A stretch of DNA of 44,736 bases from positions 1 to 44,736 of the IMG/VR virus record IMGVR_UViG_3300037466_001855. One strand, written 5' to 3'. The notes beneath the pieces are model-generated. The model was not told the origin of the DNA. It ran no database searches and worked only from the letters and a program-made list of their open reading frames with translations. The DNA comes from a virus. Positions 33,968 to 40,935 of this stretch are shown here, piece by piece (the first letter of the stretch is position 1; each line of letters starts with the position of its first letter). The position numbers were made by a program, and so were the translations under genes.

Positions 33968-34310
33968 GTTTAAATTTCAGATTATGGGCAAGAACTGGAC
34001 TCTGCGTCTGATGAAGCGAAAGCGCTACATGAAGACGAATGGCGCCGATAGTGTGGCGATCACCGAGTGCTATAAGCGCCAGATCGATCTAAGTCCTTAT
34101 GGCCGTGATCTTGAGACGATCATTCATGAGCTCGTTCATGCGTATCTCTGGGAGATGGGGGTAGGTACGGCGACTCTCGATGCTGACGCTATCGAAGAGG
34201 TAATGTGTGAACTTATGGCTAAGCGTGGTCGTGAGCTCTTGGATATGGCAGATTCCCTTTATTCACGAATTCAAACGCTTTTTCCTGATTCCGAAACTGC
34301 GGGGTCGTAG
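33945..34310 (+). CDS. SprT/ImmA-like HExxH zinc metallopeptidase
   Basis: The motif is IIHELVHAYLWE, preceded by the ...ITECYKRQIDL... context typical of SprT-like domains. Roughly 110-121 aa. Confidence 0.45.
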   Translation: MTPFMTPKFKFQIMGKNWTLRLMKRKRYMKTNGADSVAITECYKRQIDLSPYGRDLETIIHELVHAYLWEMGVGTATLDADAIEEVMCELMAKRGRELLDMADSLYSRIQTLFPDSETAGS

Positions 34311-34379
34311 GAAACGGAGGGTGGGAAAGACGCCTCTTGCGCGAAAACCCACCACTCCTCTCTGATTTAGGTACTACGT

Positions 34380-34475
34380 CTAAATACCTTTAAGCTTCTT
34401 GATCACTTCCACCACAAAAGAAATTTCTTGGCAGACACGATCAACGATGCCTAAAATAGTTAGTAGCTTATCCAT
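34380..34475 (-). CDS. 31-aa amphipathic micro-ORF with strong SD in the convergent gap
   Basis: Hand translation gives MDKLLTILGIVDRVCQEISFVVEVIKKLKGI then TAG. SD gaggtg lies 3-5 nt upstream of the ATG. It is not in the ORF track. Confidence 0.35.
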   Translation of the reverse strand: MDKLLTILGIVDRVCQEISFVVEVIKKLKGI

Positions 34476-34591
34476 ACGCACCTCATGTGCGAAAGATTGG
34501 AAGGGGTCGATCCGTTGGAAGCGGTGACACCCCACATACCACGCGGTAGTGCTGGTACTTTTCCACTATCCCTGACCGATGAACGTGCTGT

Positions 34592-34620
34592 CAATTAGTA
34601 GAGCCGACTTTTGCTGTCAA
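34592..34620 (-). promoter_or_regulatory. Sigma70-like promoter TTGACA-17-TAATTG feeding the micro-ORF unit
   Basis: Read on the minus strand. It predicts a roughly 110-nt leader before the ATG at 34475. The octamer gctgtcaa occurs twice, 26 bp apart. Confidence 0.4.
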
Positions 34621-34630
34621 ATTTTGGACA

Positions 34631-34647
34631 CATGTAAATTTTACATG
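34631..34647. promoter_or_regulatory. Perfect 17-bp palindrome CATGTAAATTTTACATG
   Basis: 8-bp arms around one central base. It lies immediately after the stop of 34649-34963 and about 11 bp upstream of the -35 at 34615-34620. Confidence 0.5.
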
Positions 34648-34648
34648 A

Positions 34649-34963
34649 TCATTGAGAGCTCTTGTTAGACCTCTCCAGAACGGTTTGGAGCAGCGCCAAA
34701 GCTCTCCAAGCTAAGGCTTGTGCGTGTAGCGACTGCGTCTCGGGATCGATCGCATCCCAATTAGGCCCAATATCAATTAAGTGCCGTGCAATACAGTCGG
34801 CATGATCTTTTGACTTCTCTTTGGCCCAGTGCAGAGGCTGACCAGGATTGTGTTTGTCGTTTCCTCGTTTACTGTGCTCAGCAATCGCCATAAGAGCGTC
34901 AGGGAAGTACATCAGAACGCCTGAGAACACTGGCTTATTTTTGCGGGATTGGGAATCGCTCAT
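34649..34963 (-). CDS. Small helical protein resembling the dATP/dGTP pyrophosphohydrolase N-terminal (DUF5664-type) domain
   Basis: HADCIARHLIDIG...DPETQSLHAQALAWRALALLQ matches my recollection of that family's RHL...D.E.G..H...A.....L.LL pattern. Unverified. Confidence 0.35.
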   Translation of the reverse strand: MSDSQSRKNKPVFSGVLMYFPDALMAIAEHSKRGNDKHNPGQPLHWAKEKSKDHADCIARHLIDIGPNWDAIDPETQSLHAQALAWRALALLQTVLERSNKSSQ

Positions 34964-35163
34964 AGATCCTTCGGAGGCTGGGTGTTAATGAGAAAAATCA
35001 TTGCGCGTTTTGCTCTAATGAGCTGAGTGTGGATAAGCTCTAGCGCCTTTAACTTCTGCTCAAGTGTTGCCTTCTGATCCTGCTGAATTCCTGCAACGGT
35101 TTGAGAAACAGCGAATAGCCAATTATTGAACTCTCGCTTGTACTGGTCCCTGATATTAGACAT
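34960..35163 (-). CDS. Small coiled-coil hypothetical protein
   Basis: 67 aa. ATGA-type overlaps on both sides. Confidence 0.5.
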   Translation of the reverse strand: MSNIRDQYKREFNNWLFAVSQTVAGIQQDQKATLEQKLKALELIHTQLIRAKRAMIFLINTQPPKDL

Positions 35164-36148
35164 TAAGCAGCCTCCTCCATGAAGCGATCACACTAGACAG
35201 TCGGAACTTTGGATTAGCTTTTACCTTAGGGCGATTACCGCTGTGCCACGCCATGACTCTGTCAATGACGGAGCGTACGTTACGGCAGTCCAATGTTTCA
35301 GACGGATGAAAGAGGACTTCGCGAGCGGCCCCGATAGGGTGAGTTAGGACTGGTGTGCCTACTGCGTTGGGCTCTGAAAAGCACAGGCCGAATGTCTCGG
35401 GAAAAACTATGTTAGGATAAAATAAACAAAGGCTGTTTCTAAGGTGATGTATGACATCAGCGTGAGGTAAGGCACCCAGCGTGGTAACTCCTTGCTGAAC
35501 TCCTTCATAGTTCGGAAGGTAGCCGGGATTCGCGATATACAATCGAAAGTCAGGATTGAAGCTAAGAAGATTTTTAAAAACAGCAAGAGCATAGTCGATC
35601 CCTTTATGCGGCGAACTAATCCACAAGAGTTTGTTAGGGTCTACCGGTGTACTGTCCGGCGCCAAGTCGTCTGAAATCGGATTGTAAATTACTTTGACCG
35701 GAAACTGGCCGGAGTAGCCTTGCGGGTAGAGAGTGTCTTGAATTTGGGTCTTGTGGAAGTTCGACACGGCAATAGTCGTGAAATCGCTTTGTTTGACCAT
35801 GTCCCGCGCTGTCTCAGCAGAGCAAAGGTCATGATTCCAGAGGTAGTGTCGAGCTCTGGGGAAGCGCTCCTTAGCTTTACGTAGCGTTTCGGGAGAGCGT
35901 AGGGAGATGACGTAATCCGGAGGAGACATGGTGTCCCCAATCGGCCTGTAGACTACATCGCCTTCATCAAAATAAAGAACCCTACAGTGCTGTTGTACAG
36001 CTACAGAAAACAGTCCTGTTGCAGCAAGTCCCTCGGCAACTCGTACAACGGTCGCTTCTGTGCCGCCTAGCGCTTGTGTAGCTAGAACGTGAGGATCATA
36101 AGGCTTATTACATACTTCATCGATAAACAGGACAACAGGTAATGCCAT
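35156..36148 (-). CDS. GT-B fold (GT4-like) glycosyltransferase
   Basis: The N-terminal LGGTEATVVRVAEGLAATG and the C-terminal PETFGLCFSEPNAVGTPVL (E-x7-E motif) fit the family. The product is 330 aa. Confidence 0.6.
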   Translation of the reverse strand: MALPVVLFIDEVCNKPYDPHVLATQALGGTEATVVRVAEGLAATGLFSVAVQQHCRVLYFDEGDVVYRPIGDTMSPPDYVISLRSPETLRKAKERFPRARHYLWNHDLCSAETARDMVKQSDFTTIAVSNFHKTQIQDTLYPQGYSGQFPVKVIYNPISDDLAPDSTPVDPNKLLWISSPHKGIDYALAVFKNLLSFNPDFRLYIANPGYLPNYEGVQQGVTTLGALPHADVIHHLRNSLCLFYPNIVFPETFGLCFSEPNAVGTPVLTHPIGAAREVLFHPSETLDCRNVRSVIDRVMAWHSGNRPKVKANPKFRLSSVIASWRRLLNV

Positions 36149-36151
36149 CCT

Positions 36152-36184
36152 GTACAGTGTACGTTATTAACGTACAAGCGTCAA
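36152..36184 (-). promoter_or_regulatory. Promoter with perfect 17-bp palindrome GTACGTTATTAACGTAC (36159-36175)
   Basis: The minus strand reads TTGACGcttGTACGTTAATAACGTACACT (TTGACG, 17 nt, TACACT). The ATG at 36148 is 7 nt after the -10 with no SD. Confidence 0.6.
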
Positions 36185-36186
36185 GC

Positions 36187-36666
36187 TTAACGTGCTCGGC
36201 GCATGATCATCTTACAAAGTGCTTGTGCGTCTTCTTGAGATAGATCATTAGGTAGTGATAGGGGAACTTCGCGTCCTGAAGGCAACACTGCTACAACACC
36301 AGCATGATGGTTAGTAGAAGGCTGCTTCGAAGATTCAGCGTGGGTTACTGTACCGCCAGTGACAAGAGCCATTGCAGCTACGTCTTTCATGCTGGTGTGC
36401 CACTTAAAGGTCATCGGTTTACCTTTTTCAGTGATCAGCTTACCAACGCCTGCTTTTTCGAGATTCTTAAATACCTCGACGAACTCCTGTGGCACAACTT
36501 TCACGCCCTCTTGTTCGAGTTCGTAGCGTACGCGACGTGTGTCCATCATACCCTCACGTGGGTTACGATCACGTTCTTTAAAGACCTTGAATACGGCCTT
36601 AGCAGTAGCGTTTAAGTTTGCGATCTGGGAAAGCTTCTTCTCGTCCATATGTAATTCACCTTTCAT
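36187..36666 (-). CDS. Hypothetical protein, possible winged-helix regulator
   Basis: 159 aa from the ATG at 36666, which lies 6 nt after a TATAAG -10. An alternative ATG at 36648 has SD aaggtga. It is a stand-alone unit between two promoters, next to int. Confidence 0.55.
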   Translation of the reverse strand: MKGELHMDEKKLSQIANLNATAKAVFKVFKERDRNPREGMMDTRRVRYELEQEGVKVVPQEFVEVFKNLEKAGVGKLITEKGKPMTFKWHTSMKDVAAMALVTGGTVTHAESSKQPSTNHHAGVVAVLPSGREVPLSLPNDLSQEDAQALCKMIMRRAR

Positions 36667-36672
36667 GCGCTG

Positions 36673-36701
36673 CTTATAGTGCAGCTAACGTACCACGTCA
36701 A
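36673..36701 (-). promoter_or_regulatory. Sigma70-like promoter TTGACG-17-TATAAG with a GTACGTTA half-site
   Basis: The minus strand reads TTGACGtgGTACGTTAgctgcacTATAAGcagcgcATG. Confidence 0.55.
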
Positions 36702-36851
36702 GTATTAACGTATGAGAGATGGCACAGGTTTTCTGTATATAGATTATACGACTGACAAGATGGGTGAGAAGTGAAAAGCATGACCCAGTCAATATTCTCT
36801 ATGTAATTTATTTAGTTAAATTATACACTTATGCGATTTAGACTGAACCCG

Positions 36852-37988
36852 CTAGGCAGCTTTTTTGCGACGCTTAGCGACGGGCTTCGTGAAATGTACC
36901 TTATCGCGACGCTTATAGTCTGCCCACGTACGATCAAGCGTTGTGTGACCCATCCACTGCGATATGTCTTCAAGCCTCTGCCCAAGTCCTAGCATTAAGT
37001 CAGTGAAGCTCTTACGACCGGAATAAGTATCGACATGCGGTTTATTAAAATACTTCTGAAGCGTCTTAGGTAGAGGACGGTCAAACTTGCCGCTACGAAT
37101 TATTTTTAACGCGTCTCCTTGCTCGGGGTAGAGAATTGGAATGAGCTTCCAGCGATCCTCTTCATCGACAGACTCTTGAAGTTTAGTCTGATAGACGTGA
37201 AGGATTTGTACACCGTCCTGAGTCTCCACTCGGTAGGGGTACTCTGCGTTAGGATCTTTTAATGCGTCTACTTCCTCGGGACGAAGGCCAAACCATAGGG
37301 AGATAAAGACCCAGTTGTATTGCTCTATTTTAAGATTACTCTTAACGACTTCGAGCTCAGCAGGTGAGATAGGATCACTCTTATGTCTACGGTCAGGTTT
37401 TGAACGATAAGCGTTAACCTGCTTAATCCTAAGCTTCCCTTTAAGAGGCGGTAGTGGAAAGAAGGCCTTCTTATACTTTCGGCAATAGAAGTAACCGTAC
37501 AGGTTCATTAACGCGATAATGCGTTCGGTGTATCCTGGGCTAAATTTTTGCTGGATGAAGTAGTTGTAGAACATGAATGGCTTCTCAGCCCATTCAGATG
37601 GGTCCAGTTTTACTGCTCCCATTGTAATGATCGCAGCTCTCCATTTCACGGCAAGCTTATGCTTATGGTCCCAGACCATCGTACCTAAGAACTTTGGCGC
37701 CAAGACTCCATTCTCGAACTCTTCAATGTCGAGCTTAGGTAGGAAGGCTAGGGCCTCAAGCCTTTCAGTCTCCATGCGCTCGGCAATTTTTAAGCGCTCT
37801 TTGGATCTGAGCTCTAACTTATTCTGTGCGTTGAGTTGCGCTGCTCTCGCTTTGGCCTGCTCAAACGTGAGGTCAGGTGAAAAGCCTGCTGCAACAAGGC
37901 CGGACTTCTTGACGTTCTTTCCATCTATATAGATGTACCAGGACGTGGTACCGTCTTTCTTCTTATAGGGTCTTACTTCAATTGCCAT
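36852..37988 (-). CDS. int: Tyrosine integrase with arm-type N-terminal DNA-binding domain
   Basis: The ATG at 37988 follows SD aaggaga. The N-terminus is VRPYKKKDGTTSWYIYIDG. Catalytic signatures are LRPEEV (Arg), YSGRKSF and MGHTTLDRTWADY (His...Tyr). Confidence 0.8.
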   Translation of the reverse strand: MAIEVRPYKKKDGTTSWYIYIDGKNVKKSGLVAAGFSPDLTFEQAKARAAQLNAQNKLELRSKERLKIAERMETERLEALAFLPKLDIEEFENGVLAPKFLGTMVWDHKHKLAVKWRAAIITMGAVKLDPSEWAEKPFMFYNYFIQQKFSPGYTERIIALMNLYGYFYCRKYKKAFFPLPPLKGKLRIKQVNAYRSKPDRRHKSDPISPAELEVVKSNLKIEQYNWVFISLWFGLRPEEVDALKDPNAEYPYRVETQDGVQILHVYQTKLQESVDEEDRWKLIPILYPEQGDALKIIRSGKFDRPLPKTLQKYFNKPHVDTYSGRKSFTDLMLGLGQRLEDISQWMGHTTLDRTWADYKRRDKVHFTKPVAKRRKKAA

Positions 37989-38031
37989 CGATTCTCCTTT
38001 CGGAGTCATCGGCCAGCACCTTAAGTAAAAA

Positions 38032-38046
38032 CCACAAAATTTGTGG
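38032..38046. promoter_or_regulatory. 15-bp palindrome CCACAAAATTTGTGG upstream of int
   Basis: 7-bp arms around one central base, about 45 bp upstream of the int start codon. Confidence 0.45.
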
Positions 38047-38165
38047 AGATTTGAAAGCTAAATATGTGAAATTACATAGGAATAAGCTTAAATTGGAGGT
38101 GCGGGTCGGACTCCGACCATCACAAAATACGACGGCACCTCTAACATTTCAAGAAGATTTCAATT

Positions 38166-38369
38166 TTAATCGACCTTCTTTAAGACGGCGCGTGAGGGGG
38201 AGAGGACGTAACTCGCCTCGGTTTGCGAAGGGACAACGCGGAACGTGGCACGGAGTTGCTTAATGAGGCTGTTGTACACAGTGAGGTGTATAGCCTCGTC
38301 GGGATAACTCGACACAAGGTCACGAGTGTAGGCTAGGGCTTTGATGAGAACTTCTTGTTCAACAGTCAT
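38166..38369 (-). CDS. Hypothetical 67-aa protein
   Basis: SD aaggag upstream. Confidence 0.55.
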   Translation of the reverse strand: MTVEQEVLIKALAYTRDLVSSYPDEAIHLTVYNSLIKQLRATFRVVPSQTEASYVLSPSRAVLKKVD

Positions 38370-38387
38370 GTGGTACTCCTTGACTGA

Positions 38388-38795
38388 TTATTCTTTTGCG
38401 GCGCTCTGTAGGGCTTGCTTGGCGATGTTACAATATTGCCATTGGTACTTATCCCGAAGCTGGTCCCAGCTACCGGCATCGTAGGCTATTTGTTTCAGCG
38501 CCTCAACTAGCCGCGCATTCCGTTCGCGCTCTTGCTTGAGTTCCAGCCTGAACTCGTCACGTTCTTTAGAGCAAACGTTAGCAGTGTCTAAATAACCCTT
38601 AATCTCAGCTTGATAAGCCATCACGTCTTTGCGCCAGTCGTCTCTCATGCGCTTGACCTGTTCCAATTCGACCTTGAGCGCGTCAGCGTCGGCCATCCAA
38701 GACATTGCGGCTTTCTTCCACATACGCTCACGCCATTTCGAGGCAGCGAGTTCTACGCGCAACCGTTCCACTTCTTTTTGCAGGTCGGTGCTCAT
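38388..38795 (-). CDS. Coiled-coil hypothetical protein
   Basis: 135 aa, rich in heptad-like E/K/R/L repeats. Confidence 0.55.
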   Translation of the reverse strand: MSTDLQKEVERLRVELAASKWRERMWKKAAMSWMADADALKVELEQVKRMRDDWRKDVMAYQAEIKGYLDTANVCSKERDEFRLELKQERERNARLVEALKQIAYDAGSWDQLRDKYQWQYCNIAKQALQSAAKE

Positions 38796-39094
38796 GTGCC
38801 ACCCTCACTTCCATCGGTGCCATCGTGTCCGTCATGCCCATCTTGTTCACCGTGGTTACCGTTGCCGTCGGTGAAGCTGACCTCTTCAGACATCAGGCTA
38901 ATCACATAGTGCTCGGTAGCGCGTAGAGCGGCTCGCATCTCGTCGAGTTTACGTGTTTTAATAGCGTACGGTATCGTATCGTCCGCCCAGACCTCAAGGA
39001 TCTTAGCCTTCATATCCTCAATAGCCTGTAGTAATACTTTAATCTGGCTCATTGTAGGTGACATAGGTACTCCAATTTCTAATGCATAGGCCAT
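38792..39094 (-). CDS. Hypothetical protein with Gly/Asp/His-rich tail
   Basis: Strong SD aaggaggg lies 7 nt upstream of the ATG at 39094. The C-terminus reads DGNGNHGEQDGHDGHDGTDGSEGG. Confidence 0.6.
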   Translation of the reverse strand: MAYALEIGVPMSPTMSQIKVLLQAIEDMKAKILEVWADDTIPYAIKTRKLDEMRAALRATEHYVISLMSEEVSFTDGNGNHGEQDGHDGHDGTDGSEGGT

Positions 39095-39285
39095 ATAATG
39101 ACCCTCCTTGGGGTTACGTATTGCGCATCCTGCGCCATCACCAGAACCACTTTAAACGCCTAACGGACGTAAAAAGTCATAACGGACACCAGTAAGTTAA
39201 GACATACCTAACTTACTAGCGACACACTTACGATAATAGAGTACGCGTACGCTAATGTACAGAAAACAATTGTTAACGTACTAGC

Positions 39286-39813
39286 CTATGCTAAGATTGC
39301 GGCGTCAACTTCGTCCTGTCCGATAGAGAGATAATGCGTAGTTGAGGCTAAAGATGCATGACCTAGCGCTTTTTGTGCAGCTACAACGTTCTTTTCGGTC
39401 CTGAGGTAGACGTTCATGCCAAAGGTCTTACGCATGGAATGGGTCGATACAGTACCGGACAGACGGGCCTTACGGGATGCCTCTTTAATGACACGCCAAG
39501 CGTGCTGCCTGGTCATGGGGAATAGTTTACCCACAACGCCTGTTTTGAGGTAACTTTGTAACGCCTGCTTAGCGAGAGGGTGTAGGGGAATGGTGCGACT
39601 CTGGCGCTTACCCTTCATGTTTCGGCGGTGTACGGTAAGCGTGTCCCGAATGCTACCGTCCTCTTGTGACACATCCTCGATACGCAAAGAGAGGAGCTCT
39701 GAAATACGAAAGCCGGTTTTAATGCCAACAATGAACAAGGCACGATCTCGTAAAGAGGTCATTTGATCTAGGATTAAGGTCAACTCCGAGTCTTTAAGAT
39801 CTCTCGATTTCAT
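39286..39813 (-). CDS. Compact (175-aa) tyrosine recombinase, catalytic domain only
   Basis: RDRALFIVGIKTGFRISELLSL supplies Arg, HSMRKTF supplies HxxR and LGHASLASTTHYL supplies His...Tyr. There is no N-terminal core-binding or arm domain. Confidence 0.7.
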   Translation of the reverse strand: MKSRDLKDSELTLILDQMTSLRDRALFIVGIKTGFRISELLSLRIEDVSQEDGSIRDTLTVHRRNMKGKRQSRTIPLHPLAKQALQSYLKTGVVGKLFPMTRQHAWRVIKEASRKARLSGTVSTHSMRKTFGMNVYLRTEKNVVAAQKALGHASLASTTHYLSIGQDEVDAAILA

Positions 39814-39843
39814 ACACACCTCTAGTTACAAATCTTTGAATTG

Positions 39844-40080
39844 TCACTTCTCAGCTTCTAAAGCCTCTGTTGCTTCCATGCAGGCAATGCAGTGCGGTCG
39901 AGATGGTTCCTGCATGCAGCAGGCGTTGTGAATGTCATCGCGAGCCTTCTCAAGTGCAACGATTAGTCGCTCGACTCTATTCGGCCCTTCTTTCGACCTA
40001 ATGTCCGCGCATTTGGTGCAAAGTACACGCGTACTCGTCCCATCAAAGTTAATTGTTTGCCAATCGTGGTCGCAGTTCAT
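39844..40080 (-). CDS. Cys-rich small protein (trimmed to ATG 40080)
   Basis: 78 aa beginning MNCDHDW, with CTKC and CIAC further in. Confidence 0.5.
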   Translation of the reverse strand: MNCDHDWQTINFDGTSTRVLCTKCADIRSKEGPNRVERLIVALEKARDDIHNACCMQEPSRPHCIACMEATEALEAEK

Positions 40081-40103
40081 AAAACAAACTCCATTCAATT
40101 GTC

Positions 40104-40475
40104 TCATTTGCGAACCCGCTTCACTTCATCTCGAATAGAGAGCAGGCCCTGCATTGGATTATCTCCGCTGTTTCCAGCGATGTTGTTGATGCGCTCAAGC
40201 GCAGCGCGGAGCTTGTCTCGCTCTTTAACAATGGGCCATTCAAGGTCCAACCGGGCATTAGCGATGTTCTTTTTTGCTTCGTCTAACTCAGCGCGGAGTT
40301 GCATGACCTCCATTTGAAACCGATTTGAGTTCTCGCGGGCGTCGTCACGCTCAGCTCGCAGATGTTTGTTTTCGTTTTCCAGTGCTTCAATGTCTTCCCA
40401 ATCAGATGAATAATCGTCACCTTTCGGAAGAGGACCCCAATCACTTGGTTTTCCAGACAAACCGTCTCTACTCAT
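40104..40475 (-). CDS. Coiled-coil hypothetical protein (trimmed to ATG 40475)
   Basis: 123 aa. The leader tgaatggagtttgttt is shared with the gene at 40080. Confidence 0.55.
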   Translation of the reverse strand: MSRDGLSGKPSDWGPLPKGDDYSSDWEDIEALENENKHLRAERDDARENSNRFQMEVMQLRAELDEAKKNIANARLDLEWPIVKERDKLRAALERINNIAGNSGDNPMQGLLSIRDEVKRVRK

Positions 40476-40508
40476 AAACAAACTCCATTCAATTCGCGCT
40501 CAATGAAT

Positions 40509-40692
40509 CCTGCGGGCCGTTGACCGCTACGTTTACCCCTTGCGCTCGGACTTAGGCTTTCGCCGCAGCAGGGCACCCGCAGGCTTGTTTCCTCTGGGCC
40601 GGGCTTGATACCGGCTGGACCCTAAACAGCGCGGGCATCCGGGTCCTGGTTATTCGCGCTAAACCATGCGTGCCCTTCCACGCCGCCAGAGG
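40509..40692 (-). ncRNA. Candidate structured RNA (unclassified), GC-rich and ORF-free
   Basis: No ORF of 60 aa or more lies on either strand across 40482-40709. Nested GC helices can be read directly: 40509-16/40576-83 (8 bp), 40591-97/40686-92 (7 bp), 40598-602/40611-15, 40668-72/40679-83. Helices 40617-22/40641-46 and 40628-33/40655-60 interleave in a pseudoknot topology. A GGC-GAAA-GCC hairpin (minus sense) lies at 40555-64. Confidence 0.4.
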
Positions 40693-40709
40693 TTACAATT
40701 TAATTTGTC

Positions 40710-40895
40710 TCATCGACCTAAACTCTCAGTGTTTCGTTTAGACCAATCCCATTCATAAAGTGCGATAGGCTTTAACATCGCCCGATAACGTTCGTTCTGC
40801 CAAAGCCACCTATTGAAGCCGAATCTAAACCGACCGTAAGCGGTGTATTGAAATGACCACCACAAAACCCTTAAATTAATCACACAATCACTCAT
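40710..40895 (-). CDS. Trp/Arg-rich 61-aa protein (trimmed)
   Basis: The ATG at 40895 follows aaggagttttt. The sequence begins MSDCVINLRVLWWSFQY. Confidence 0.5.
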   Translation of the reverse strand: MSDCVINLRVLWWSFQYTAYGRFRFGFNRWLWQNERYRAMLKPIALYEWDWSKRNTESLGR

Positions 40896-40935
40896 AAAAA
40901 CTCCTTCGATTTCGGCCTCACGAGACAATTTGTGA

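Noticed and set aside
38100-38125. GGTCGG-ACT-CCGACC hairpin followed by CACCTCCA on the minus strand, considered as a tRNA 3' fragment (attP core)
   Set aside because: The loop is 3-5 nt rather than a 7-nt T-loop, there is no GTTC/TTCGA signature and no acceptor-stem partner. Likewise, ccGGTTCAAGC at about 28108-28117 has no complementary T-stem. I found no convincing tRNA anywhere in the window.
38610-38926. Three overlapping plus-strand ORFs (73-99 aa) opposite the coiled-coil genes
   Set aside because: They are antisense shadows of GAG/AAG/CGC-rich coiled-coil coding sequence, with no SD. The region is tightly packed with minus-strand genes that have strong SDs.
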